Positions 16,040 through 24,767 of a stretch of 32,000 nt of DNA are shown one piece after another; the first letter of the stretch is position 1; the number at the start of each line of letters is the position of its first letter. The notes under the pieces were generated by a model that was given only the letters and a program-made list of their open reading frames with translations, was not told the origin of the DNA and ran no database searches. A program made the translations under genes and the position numbers. Origin of the DNA: Aeropyrum pernix K1 (GTDB lineage: Archaea > Thermoproteota > Thermoprotei_A > Sulfolobales > Acidilobaceae); the NCBI RefSeq assembly GCF_000011125.1, contig NC_000854.2, positions 660,001 through 692,000 on the forward strand. The letters run 5' to 3'.

Positions 16040-17530
16040 TTGGATACGGTGTCCAGTTTGCAGGGCGGCATCTCCCTAACACACATAGCCGCTGGCATAG
16101 CTGTGGTTGCCCTCATAATACTTGGGGTTGGCTTCTACGCCATCTACCAGGAGCTAGCTAGCCTGAGGAGCCAGGTAGAGGGTCTTAACACGAGGTACGA
16201 GGAGATAAGCGAGAGCCTGGAAGAGGTGCAGGGCGCCTTCGAGTCGAGCAGGGGGGATATAGAGTCGATAGCCTCCTCCCTCGAGTCCATACAGGACAGG
16301 GTATCCAAGATAGAGGAGAGGCTGGGCTCTGCGGCCACCCAGAGCGACCTGGATGCGGTGGCCAGGGAGCTGGCATCGCTCACGCAGCAGCTGGAGGACC
16401 TCCAGGCCAGGATACAGGCTCTCGAGGAGAGCGGGGCCGAGGCGGGGGAGAGGCTCGACCAGCTGGCCATGGCCCTCCAGGACCTCCAGGCTAGGCTCGC
16501 ATCGCTGGAGGAGAGGGTTGACGAGGTCTACGCCTCCCTCTACTTCCCCGTCACAGTGGTAGACGGGACGGGAACCCCCGTTGTAATACTGGAGAGGCCC
16601 GAGAGGATAGTCAGTATGGCTCCCAGCGCCACAGAGACCCTCTACTACGTGGGAGCCCTGGACAGGGTGGTGGGGGTCGACCAGTACAGCGACTTCCCGC
16701 CCGAGCTGAACGAGGCGAAGGAGGCTGGAGAGGTGGAGGTGATAGGGGGCTATTGGAACCCCAGCATAGAGGCTATTCTTAGCCTCGAGCCCGACCTCGT
16801 CGTCGGCGTCGCCTCCGTACCCAACCACATACAGGTTAAGAAGGTTCTCTCCGCCTACGGCATACCCGTCATCCTACTCCCCGACAGTAGCCTTGAGGAT
16901 GTGAGGGAGTCGATGATGATCGTAGGCAAGGCGACGGGAGAGGTTGTGGGGGCTTATGAGGCTGTCCTGAAGTTCGACATGGCCGTGGCGGCCGCAGGCC
17001 TCCTCCTAGAGGGTGTGGAGCCGGTGGAGACGGCGGTGGTTGTATGGCCTAACCCCCTCTTCGTCGTCGGGGGTGGAACATGGGAGCACGAGGTCATAGA
17101 GCTGGCCGGCGGGGTAAACGTCTACGGCGACACCCAGGGGTGGCCGCAGGTGTCGTACGAGTCCCTCCTAGAGGCCGATCCCGACGTTATAATATTGATG
17201 GGCGGCCACGGCAATAGTGGTGTTACCGTGGAAGGGTTTATAGAGGCGCTTGAGAGCCAGCTGGGCGAGGCGGCCTGGGAGATAGACGCCGTAGCCTCCG
17301 GGAGGATCTACGTCCTGCTCGACGAGTATAACGACAGCTTCGCTAGGCCCAGCCCGAGGACCGTGCTATCGATATACGTGCTCGCCGTCCTCATACAGCC
17401 CTCGGCCTTCGACATCCAGCCCGGCGACCTGCCAAGCGAGGTGTCCCCCGAGACTCTCGACGTGCTAGGCCTACTTGAGGGCAGGGTGCCGGAGGAAGTG
17501 TTGGAGTTCCTAGGTGAAGCTCTGGGTTGA
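16040..17530 (+). CDS. ABC transporter substrate-binding protein (Fe-siderophore/cobalamin, Peripla_BP_2 type) with an N-terminal TM anchor and a long coiled-coil stalk
   Basis: The binding-domain start ERIVSMAPSATETLYYVGALDRVVGVDQYSDFP is typical of the BtuF/FhuD class. Residues ~14-35 are hydrophobic. Residues ~36-165 are heptad-like and rich in E/L/Q/A/S. Confidence 0.8.
   Translation: MDTVSSLQGGISLTHIAAGIAVVALIILGVGFYAIYQELASLRSQVEGLNTRYEEISESLEEVQGAFESSRGDIESIASSLESIQDRVSKIEERLGSAATQSDLDAVARELASLTQQLEDLQARIQALEESGAEAGERLDQLAMALQDLQARLASLEERVDEVYASLYFPVTVVDGTGTPVVILERPERIVSMAPSATETLYYVGALDRVVGVDQYSDFPPELNEAKEAGEVEVIGGYWNPSIEAILSLEPDLVVGVASVPNHIQVKKVLSAYGIPVILLPDSSLEDVRESMMIVGKATGEVVGAYEAVLKFDMAVAAAGLLLEGVEPVETAVVVWPNPLFVVGGGTWEHEVIELAGGVNVYGDTQGWPQVSYESLLEADPDVIILMGGHGNSGVTVEGFIEALESQLGEAAWEIDAVASGRIYVLLDEYNDSFARPSPRTVLSIYVLAVLIQPSAFDIQPGDLPSEVSPETLDVLGLLEGRVPEEVLEFLGEALG
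16397..16512 (+). repeat. Intragenic repeat with an 84-nt (28-codon) period within the coiled-coil stalk
   Basis: gacctccaggccagg... at 16397 and gacctccaggctagg... at 16481 encode DLQARIQALEE and DLQARLASLEE exactly 28 residues (4 heptads) apart. Confidence 0.6.
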
Positions 17531-18489
17531 GGACCTCAATCCTGCTAGCCTCCTCCATAACCGTGTTTTCAATGTTAACCCTCGCAAGCCTCGCCCTAGG
17601 CCCGGCGGGGGTAAAGAACCCCCTGGACTATATAGACGGGCTGGGCGGGGTGGAGCTTTACAGGCTGCTGAGGACCTCCGCCTCAATAGTGGTAGGCGCC
17701 TCCCTCGCCGTAAGCGGCGCCTCCCTGCAGCAGGCCCTTCGAAACCCCCTGGTAGACCCCTACCTGCTCGGCATCTCCACGGGCGCCTCCCTCGCCGTAG
17801 CCCTAAGCCTGCTCCTGGGGCTGGCGGGGCCTCTTGGCATAGGCTCTGCGGCCCTCGCCGGCGGCCTCGCGGCCTTCCTACTAGTTCTCGCCACGGCCAG
17901 GCTTGCAGGCATGACCGGCTCTGGGCTGATAATAGTGGGTGTCGCCTACTCCTACCTCTTCGGGAGCCTGACCACCCTCCTCGTACTCAGCTTCCCCGAC
18001 AAGCTGACGGGGGCCCTTTACTGGATATTCGGCTCCGTAGCCTACGTGGACAGGGGGATTCTGGCCACAGCCGCGGGGGGCCTAGCCCTCGCCACGCTCT
18101 ACCTCGCTGCATCCTCGAAAGCCCTGGAGGCGTTGAGCCTGGGCGAGGAGGCGGCCAGGGGGCTGGGGATAGGTGTCGAGAGGCTTAGAGCCGGGGTTGC
18201 CACCGCCAGCCTCGTAGCCGTGGCAGCCTCCGTAGCCCTCGCGGGACCCGTGGGGTTCATAGGGTTGACTGCTCCGTGGATAGCGAGGCTTCTGGGGGCC
18301 GCGCGCTTCCAACACATACTAGTCGCCTCGGCGCCTATGGGCGCGGGGCTGGCGCTTGCCTCAGACATCCTGGCCCGTACACTCGCGAGCCCCGCCGAGC
18401 TACCTCTAACACCTATAGCCAGCCTCATAGGAGTGCCTATCCTAGTCTACGCCGCGGTTGAGAGGTGGAGGGGTGTTGAGGCCCTGTAG
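17527..18489 (+). CDS. ABC transporter permease, FecCD/BtuC family
   Basis: RNPLVDPYLLGISTGASLAVAL is the FecCD signature region. 320 aa and polytopic. The TTG start overlaps the upstream stop (TTGA). Confidence 0.85.
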   Translation: MRTSILLASSITVFSMLTLASLALGPAGVKNPLDYIDGLGGVELYRLLRTSASIVVGASLAVSGASLQQALRNPLVDPYLLGISTGASLAVALSLLLGLAGPLGIGSAALAGGLAAFLLVLATARLAGMTGSGLIIVGVAYSYLFGSLTTLLVLSFPDKLTGALYWIFGSVAYVDRGILATAAGGLALATLYLAASSKALEALSLGEEAARGLGIGVERLRAGVATASLVAVAASVALAGPVGFIGLTAPWIARLLGAARFQHILVASAPMGAGLALASDILARTLASPAELPLTPIASLIGVPILVYAAVERWRGVEAL

Positions 18490-19225
18490 CGTCAGGCTCG
18501 AAGGTGTTGAAGCCCGATACAACACATCACCACCCGTTCTGAGGGGTGTGAGCTTCAGCCTCGACCCCGGCTCTCTGGTGGCTCTCCTAGGCCCTAACGG
18601 CAGCGGCAAGACAACCCTCCTCAGGCTCCTCGCAGGCATAATCAAGCCGAGCAGGGGGAGGGTGGAGGTCTGCGGCAGCCCCCCGGGGAGGGTGAGGCGG
18701 ATGCTCGGCTACGCCCCCGCATCGCCGGAGGTGGACCCCAGGCTGAAGGCCGTGGAGGTTGCTCTCCTCTACAGGTACGGGGTGTCGGAGGGCGTAGCCT
18801 GGGGTAGGAGGGACTGGGAGGAGGTCCTGGCTGCCCTCGGGGAGATGGGCGTGGGGGAGCTGGCGTGGAGGAGGTGGGGGGAGCTGAGCAGCGGCCAGAG
18901 ACGGCTGGTGATCCTAGCAGGGGTCCTAGCTAGGAGGCCCGGCCTGGCCCTCCTAGACGAGCCCCACTCCTTCCTCGACGTATCCAACATGAGGAGGGTA
19001 ACACTGGTGCTCCGCTCCCTCCGAGGCAGGGCCACGATAGTCTACACCACCCACGACCCCCTGGCGGCTATGGCTGCCGACTCGGTGATAATGCTGAGGG
19101 AGGGGCTCCTCCACGCACAGGGGCCGCCCGAGGCCGTGGTGACCCCCGAGACTATAGAGGAGGTCTACGGGATCCCGGCCGACAGGCTAGACGGCCTCAC
19201 CATACCGCGCTACTACAAGCCCTAG
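18458..19225 (+). CDS. ABC transporter ATP-binding protein (FepC/BtuD-like)
   Basis: Walker A GPNGSGKT, signature LSSGQ, Walker B LALLDEP. The start may instead be GTG 18473 or TTG 18476. Confidence 0.9.
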   Translation: MRGGGVLRPCSVRLEGVEARYNTSPPVLRGVSFSLDPGSLVALLGPNGSGKTTLLRLLAGIIKPSRGRVEVCGSPPGRVRRMLGYAPASPEVDPRLKAVEVALLYRYGVSEGVAWGRRDWEEVLAALGEMGVGELAWRRWGELSSGQRRLVILAGVLARRPGLALLDEPHSFLDVSNMRRVTLVLRSLRGRATIVYTTHDPLAAMAADSVIMLREGLLHAQGPPEAVVTPETIEEVYGIPADRLDGLTIPRYYKP

Positions 19226-19323
19226 AACCACGGCGACACTTTACCTCCCGAGAGCTACAGAGAGGGTTTGGGGATGAGGACTCCACGGGTTCCGACGCCC
19301 CCTCGGGGGTGGGGACACCTGTC

Positions 19324-20019
19324 TCAACTGACCCTAGCATTTACTCCTTTCGCGGCCGCCTCCCGGGCTAGGTCTCTCCTCACTACTGGGCCTCGGGGCT
19401 CGGTCTCCCTCCACACGGCAGCCCTGAACCTGTAGATCTCCACGTCCTCCCTCAGCCAGCATGTCCCCGGCAGGCCCGCCTTTATGCAGGCCCACGTGAG
19501 GAATAGTATAGGGTCCCAGCCCTCGTCGACCGCCACTTGGGGCAGCAGCAGGCCCGCGTAGGGTGGTTTCTCGACATAGAGGCCGTGGAGCCCCACCTCG
19601 ACGAGAGCGGGCCTCTCATGAGGCTTCTTGGGGAGGGGCTCCATGCTGCCGAGCACCGTGACCTCGACCCTCACCCTGTCGAGCTCCTCCCGACTGAGAG
19701 GCTCGAACCTGGGGTCGCTGGAGGCTGCGTCGACTGCGGCTGTGACAACGGCCTCCACCAGGGGCAGGACAGGCCTGACAACCCCTATACACCCCCTGAG
19801 CTCCCACCCATCCCCGCTCCTCCTCTCGAGGGTAACGAAGGCGGCGCCCGGCCTCCCGAGCTTCCCGCCAGCCTCTACATCCAGCCTCCTACCATGCTCC
19901 ACCCACTCCTCCACAGCCCTCCTGGCAATCCTCACCAGGGCCTCGCCATCGGCGTCGTCAAGCTCCTCCGGCTCGATGGGAGGACCTCGGGCACGCGCTA
20001 TCCTGACCCCCCCGACCAA
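19324..20019 (-). CDS. AMMECR1-domain protein
   Basis: Contains the LRGCIG motif (ELRGCIGVV) and an N-terminal LVRIARRAVEEW pattern typical of archaeal AMMECR1 homologues. The TTG start is uncertain. Confidence 0.8.
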   Translation of the reverse strand: MVGGVRIARARGPPIEPEELDDADGEALVRIARRAVEEWVEHGRRLDVEAGGKLGRPGAAFVTLERRSGDGWELRGCIGVVRPVLPLVEAVVTAAVDAASSDPRFEPLSREELDRVRVEVTVLGSMEPLPKKPHERPALVEVGLHGLYVEKPPYAGLLLPQVAVDEGWDPILFLTWACIKAGLPGTCWLREDVEIYRFRAAVWRETEPRGPVVRRDLAREAAAKGVNARVS

Positions 20020-20208
20020 GCCCCTCGACCCCCGTGAATGTCTACTCTCGGGTCGAGAGGGCTAAAGACTAGAGGAGGGGGTTTAGAGGTGGAGGTGCCT
20101 CGGATTCCGGCGCACTCCTCCTCGCCCAGCCCGCTGTGGGGCTGGGCTTTCGGTGACGAGGTTGGTCGTCACAGGCTCCCGTTTAAGGTTCGTTGTGGCG
20201 CCCGGGTT

Positions 20209-21249
20209 TTATGGCATTATGTCTGGGTCGTAGGGGGCGTCGTACTCGCCCTCCTCGGGCTCCGGCGTGTTGAGGCCTTCTGGGCATCCCTTGCCTAGCC
20301 TTATGGGCTTCTCGAGCCTGCTCAGCAGCACCACCCTGCTCGCCCTGCTCTCGCCGAGTATCGGGTAGCCCGTGAGCTCGGAGAGCCTCTCGCTCACCTT
20401 CCTCACGTACTCGTGCTCAGCCATGTTGGCCTTGCTCAGCCTCATCCTGCTGGCCCCCACCCACATGTAGCTCTTGATCTCCACGTAGGTCGGCTGGGCG
20501 AGGTTTATGAGTTTTGCGAAGCCCTTGAGAGCCTCGTCTGTGTCGTTGAACCCGGCTACCAGCGTTATCCTTATGGCGGTGGGGCTGGTGAAGCTGGGCA
20601 TCATCTCCAGGGTCTCCATTGTGAGCTCCCAGGCCCTGGGCACCAGGGGCCTGGTGAAGTAGTTGTAGCTCTTCTTATCCCACGCCTCGAGGCTCACGTA
20701 GAGCTGGCTCGGCTCCTCCTCCAAATCGGCCAGTATGTCCGGCCTGACACCCCTCGTGACGAGGAAGCTCGTCATGCCCCTCCTGTGCACCTCCTTGAGC
20801 AGGTCGCTCAGCATGGGGTAGAGCGTCGGCTCGCCGGTCAGGCTTAGGGTCACGTGCACGGGGTTCCAGGCCTCCCAGAACTTCTTCGGGTCGACCCTGG
20901 GGTGGCCCTTGTAGCCGCTTATCAGCCTCCTGTGTATCCTTATGAGCTCGTCCACCAGCCACTTCGGGTCGTCTACTATGGTTAGCTTGGTCTCGTCAAG
21001 GTCTACACCCAGGTCCTGCGGCCTTATCCTCCAGCAGTGGAGGCAGGCGTTCCAGCACCAGAAGGCGGCGGGGCTCATCTGTATGTCCCTGTGGCTCTCT
21101 ATCCCGTAGAACTTGCACTTGTAGCAGTGCCTATCCTCGGTGAGGGCCTTGTGGGTCCAGTAGCACTTCTTAACCACCGTGTGCCTTCCCGCGAAGTGGT
21201 ACTTCTGCTTGACCATAACCTCGGCTAGGGGCAGCCACTTCTCCGGCAT
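20209..21249 (-). CDS. taw1: tRNA 4-demethylwyosine synthase Taw1 (TYW1 homologue, radical SAM)
   Basis: Radical-SAM CX3CX2C in CWNACLHCWR. The upstream segment KKCYW...RHCYKCKFYGIESHR is typical of Taw1/TYW1. 346 aa. Confidence 0.85.
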   Translation of the reverse strand: MPEKWLPLAEVMVKQKYHFAGRHTVVKKCYWTHKALTEDRHCYKCKFYGIESHRDIQMSPAAFWCWNACLHCWRIRPQDLGVDLDETKLTIVDDPKWLVDELIRIHRRLISGYKGHPRVDPKKFWEAWNPVHVTLSLTGEPTLYPMLSDLLKEVHRRGMTSFLVTRGVRPDILADLEEEPSQLYVSLEAWDKKSYNYFTRPLVPRAWELTMETLEMMPSFTSPTAIRITLVAGFNDTDEALKGFAKLINLAQPTYVEIKSYMWVGASRMRLSKANMAEHEYVRKVSERLSELTGYPILGESRASRVVLLSRLEKPIRLGKGCPEGLNTPEPEEGEYDAPYDPDIMP

Positions 21250-21315
21250 ACCCTGGGGTATGTTTTTAAGTATGTTCCTCCTGGGAATCCCTCAACACCC
21301 TCAAGAAACATGGTA

Positions 21316-22329
21316 TTACTTTAACCCAGTTAAAGGCTTCGGCTTGTAGAGGCCCTTCTCCTGCAGGTAGGTGTAGGCGCTGTAGGCGGCCACCGCGCCC
21401 ATCGCCGCGGCGGTGACCACCTGCCTGAAGCCCGGCCACATGCTGGTGCAGTCTCCCGCCGCGAATATCCCTGGGATGCTCGTCCTCATCCACTCGTCAA
21501 CCACCACGTTGCCCATGCTATCGGTCTCCAGCCCTATGGCCTCGAACAGCTCCTTCGGCGGCTCGGAGCCTATCTCTATGAAGATCCCGTCCACCCTGAG
21601 CTCCTTCTCCTCGCCGGTCACCTTGTTCTTCACGACCACAGACTCCACCCGGTCCCGCCCTCTTATCTCGGTCACTATGCTGTCTAGGATGAACTCAATG
21701 TTAGGCTTCTTCCTCGCCTCCTCCACGTAGAAGGGCTTCGCCCTGAACCCCTGCCTCCTGTGGACCAGGTAGACCTTCCCGACGTAGCCGCTGAGGAGGA
21801 GGGCCCCCTCGAGGGCGGAGTCGCCGCCCCCCACAACAACCACGGCGTCCTTACCCTTGAACAGGGGCGCGTCGCACACGCTGCAGTAGCTGACGCCCCT
21901 GCCCGCGAGCTCCGCCTCCCCGGGGACGCCGAGTTTCCTCCTCCTGCTCCCCACCGCCAGTATGACGGTGCGGGCCTTCACCTCCAGCCCCCTGGACCCC
22001 CTCACTAGGAACCAGCCGTCGTCGAGCCTGTCAACAGTCTTGACCTGCACCCCAGTCACTATCTTGGCGCCGAACATTTCTGCGTGGCTCTTGAAGCTCT
22101 CCACGAGCTTCGACGCCTCCAGCCCACCCATGCCGGGGTAGTCGTCTATCCAGTTGGTGAGGTTTAGCTGTCCACCCACGTCCATCGAGACTATGAGTGT
22201 CGACATGAGGAACCTTGTTGTGTATATGGCTGCCGAGAGGCCCGCAGGCCCCGCCCCCACTATGACGGTGTCGTACTCCTCCCCACGGGGTATCTTAGGC
22301 GCCCTCACCGCAGAGAGCCTGAGCGGCAT
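21316..22329 (-). CDS. trxB: Thioredoxin reductase
   Basis: GAGPAG FAD motif, redox CxxC (CSVCDA), GGGDSA NADPH motif and GIFAAGDC. I prefer ATG 22329 (GGTG about 8 nt upstream) over the maximal-ORF GTG at 22347. Confidence 0.9.
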   Translation of the reverse strand: MPLRLSAVRAPKIPRGEEYDTVIVGAGPAGLSAAIYTTRFLMSTLIVSMDVGGQLNLTNWIDDYPGMGGLEASKLVESFKSHAEMFGAKIVTGVQVKTVDRLDDGWFLVRGSRGLEVKARTVILAVGSRRRKLGVPGEAELAGRGVSYCSVCDAPLFKGKDAVVVVGGGDSALEGALLLSGYVGKVYLVHRRQGFRAKPFYVEEARKKPNIEFILDSIVTEIRGRDRVESVVVKNKVTGEEKELRVDGIFIEIGSEPPKELFEAIGLETDSMGNVVVDEWMRTSIPGIFAAGDCTSMWPGFRQVVTAAAMGAVAAYSAYTYLQEKGLYKPKPLTGLK

Positions 22330-22379
22330 AATCACGCACCTAATCACAACACATTAGCCGCCGCAGCCCAAAACCTTGA

Positions 22380-22727
22380 CTACCCACCGCCCGATGCGCT
22401 GGCTCCCCCTTGGCCGGCGGGGGGTAGTCTGCACCTCCTCAGCCTCCCCTCTATATACGCCTCGGCCACCCGCCTGAACAGCTCCTCAGGGCTCTCCACG
22501 GTCACCACCGCCTCCCCACCCCTAATCTCCAGGCGGGCCGCCCCTATCCTCCTCAGCCTCTTCACTATACGCCGGGCTGTCCTCTTAGTGACGCACAGCC
22601 TCTCCCTCAGGATCTCGACAGCCTCCCCATAGTTCAGGGTGGGGCCTAGTCTGTGTAGGATGTAGAGGGCAGCCACCTCCCTCTTACCGGGCATCCTAGC
22701 CAGCCTAGGGGGCTCTCCTCCGCTCAT
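22380..22727 (-). CDS. Small putative winged-helix DNA-binding protein
   Basis: 115 aa. The segment LNYGEAVEILRERLCVTKRTARRIVKRLRRIG looks like an HTH, followed by beta-like EIRGGEAVVTV. A TATA-like element (minus strand TTTACATTATAA) lies at about 22797-22812. No family assignment is possible by eye. Confidence 0.45.
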   Translation of the reverse strand: MSGGEPPRLARMPGKREVAALYILHRLGPTLNYGEAVEILRERLCVTKRTARRIVKRLRRIGAARLEIRGGEAVVTVESPEELFRRVAEAYIEGRLRRCRLPPAGQGGASASGGG

Positions 22728-22834
22728 GGTCGGTGATCCCCACTGCCCAAACCCTGAGGCTGCCGGGCGTCGGTGTAGGGTAGCCCAGTCATCGCCCCAT
22801 TATAATGTAAAGCATGGGCCTCCGGGGCTGATAT

Positions 22835-23563
22835 TCAGCCGCAGCCGGAAAGGAGGGGGCCTAGTAGCCTGAGCCTCTCGAACACGGGCCCCCCCGAGAC
22901 AGCCGCCGCATAGCCGTCAGGCCCCCCCAGGAGGACCGGCCTCCCCTCGACAGCGGCATACACCTCAAAACCCCCATCCACCCCCCGGGGGTCTACCGTC
23001 TGGTGCACCCCCCCGACGCCGTTTACAAGTAGGGCCAGGGGGTCGCGGTAGGCGTATGCCACCGAAACCCCCTCAACCTCCTCCCCCGCCCCTCCGAGGA
23101 ACTCTATCCTAGGCTCCCCCGGCCTGCAGGCGTCTATCCACTCGGGCCTGGAGAGGGTGTGGTACGAGCCCGCCGGGGGCTCCACGGGCGATATGATGCT
23201 CCCCACCCCCAGGGCTATCAGCAGGGCCTGGCCCGGCCCCGCCCTCACGGCAACCACCGTAGGAGCGGTAACGGCCCAGGCATCCCCAGAGGATAGTGCC
23301 CACTCCACCAGCCCGGCCGCCTCCCCCGGGCTGCCGAGCATCCACCCCACATCCACAACGTAGGAGCCCCTGTCGAACCTCGGCAAGCCCCATCCACACC
23401 CCCTCACAGGCCCCCCGGGAGGCTCGCCAGCCTGGTTTCCGCTCACCAGCCCCCAGCCCGGGTCTGGGGCTCGCCCCTTACATGGGCGCCCATAGCCCCC
23501 GGGGGCGGCGGGCTCTCTCCCGCCTCTCGTGTCAATGTTGGGTCTAACGCTAATTAGCCTCAC
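22835..23563 (-). CDS. Hypothetical protein (G/P/A/V-rich; true start probably internal)
   Basis: This is the longest ORF covering an otherwise unexplained 730 bp. The C-terminal ~165 aa look globular (AVTAPTVVAVRAGPGQALLIALGVGSIISPV...). The first ~40 codons are low-complexity and include the TAATTA element at 23551-23556, so the start is likely a downstream GTG, TTG or ATG. Confidence 0.35.
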   Translation of the reverse strand: MRLISVRPNIDTRGGREPAAPGGYGRPCKGRAPDPGWGLVSGNQAGEPPGGPVRGCGWGLPRFDRGSYVVDVGWMLGSPGEAAGLVEWALSSGDAWAVTAPTVVAVRAGPGQALLIALGVGSIISPVEPPAGSYHTLSRPEWIDACRPGEPRIEFLGGAGEEVEGVSVAYAYRDPLALLVNGVGGVHQTVDPRGVDGGFEVYAAVEGRPVLLGGPDGYAAAVSGGPVFERLRLLGPLLSGCG

Positions 23564-23609
23564 GCCTCAACAGCTCCGCTTGGAGTTTCCGTCGTGTGGG
23601 TGCGGCGCG

Positions 23610-24746
23610 TTGAAGCTGTACGAGTTTGAGGCTAAGGAGATTCTGCGGATGTACGGTGTCGAGACTCCCCCCTCTGTTCTGGTGATGCCGGGCGACGATG
23701 TGGCGGCCAAGATTAGGGAGGCGGGTTTGGAGCCGCCGCTTGTTGTGAAGAGCCAGGTACTCGTCGCCGGCAGGGGGAAGGCCGGGGGTATTAAGCTGGT
23801 TGAGAGTGTTGAAGACGCTGTCAGGGTTGCAGGGGAGCTTTGGCGTAAGCCTATAAAGGGGATACTCCCGGGGGCCCTGCTTGTGGAGAAGGCTGTCCCC
23901 CACGATGCCGAGCTGTACACCTCGATAATTATAGACAGGAGTGAGAGGAGGCCCGTCATCCTGGCCAGCAGGTTCGGGGGGATGGATATAGAGGAGATTG
24001 CCAGGGAGAAGCCCGAGAGCATTGTGAGGCACTATGTAGACCCCTTCCTGGGGCTGAGGGGCTATGAGGCCAGGATGGTGGGGAAGGCCATAGGCCTCTC
24101 GGGCAGGCTGCTAAACAGCTACGCATCCTTCCTCCAGGTCTTGTACAGGGTGTTCACAGCCCTGGAGGCGGAGCTCGTCGAGAGCAACCCACTGGCCATC
24201 GTCGGCGACAAGGTGGTCCCCCTCGACGCCAGGATAATCGTGGACGACAACAGCCTGTTCAGGCACAGAGAGCTCGTGGAGAGGAGGAGGGTTGAGCAGA
24301 GGGGCGAGTACACCGAGTGGGAGGTCAAGGCTAGGCAGCAGGGACTCCCATTCGTCGAGCTGGAGGGCGACATAGGCATCATAGGCAACGGAGCCGGACT
24401 CACAATGGCCACCATGGACCTTGTATACCACTTCGGCGGGAGGCCCGCGAACTTCCTCGACATAGGGGGCGGCGCCAGGGCGGAGCTGGTTAAGAAGGCC
24501 GTCTCCTTCCTCCTAGAGTTCCCCAAGGCGGAGAAGATCTTCATAAACGTGTTCGGCGGCATAACAAGGGGCGACGAGGTCGCCCGCGGGATAGTGGCGG
24601 CGGTCAGGGAGTCCGGCTCCAGCAAGCCCCTAGTGGTGAGGCTCAGCGGCACCAGGGAGGAGGAGGGTAGGAGGATACTCGAGGAGGCTGGGATCTACGC
24701 CTATACCGACCCGGTGGAGGCTGTAAAGAAGGTTGTATCCCTCTAG
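23610..24746 (+). CDS. sucC: Succinyl-CoA synthetase (ADP-forming) beta subunit
   Basis: From TTG 23610 the protein begins (M)[11 protein letters not shown], the canonical SucC N-terminus. It also has [15 protein letters not shown] and FLDIGGGA motifs. The track ORF from 23529 adds 27 implausible codons. Confidence 0.9.
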   Translation: MKLYEFEAKEILRMYGVETPPSVLVMPGDDVAAKIREAGLEPPLVVKSQVLVAGRGKAGGIKLVESVEDAVRVAGELWRKPIKGILPGALLVEKAVPHDAELYTSIIIDRSERRPVILASRFGGMDIEEIAREKPESIVRHYVDPFLGLRGYEARMVGKAIGLSGRLLNSYASFLQVLYRVFTALEAELVESNPLAIVGDKVVPLDARIIVDDNSLFRHRELVERRRVEQRGEYTEWEVKARQQGLPFVELEGDIGIIGNGAGLTMATMDLVYHFGGRPANFLDIGGGARAELVKKAVSFLLEFPKAEKIFINVFGGITRGDEVARGIVAAVRESGSSKPLVVRLSGTREEEGRRILEEAGIYAYTDPVEAVKKVVSL

Positions 24747-24767
24747 GGCCGTGTGGGGTGGTGTGTG

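Noticed and set aside
16154-18188. Alternative-frame ORFs 16154..16828(-) and 17514..18188(+).
   Set aside because: They overlap the well-supported SBP and FecCD permease genes, and their composition (R/G/P-rich) is non-protein-like.
23529-23609. An extended 27-codon N-terminus of sucC (MSMLGLTLISLTPQQLRLEFPSCGCGA) in the track ORF.
   Set aside because: The canonical SucC N-terminus (M)[11 protein letters not shown] begins at TTG 23610. The extension overlaps the TAATTA promoter-like element and the opposite-strand ORF.
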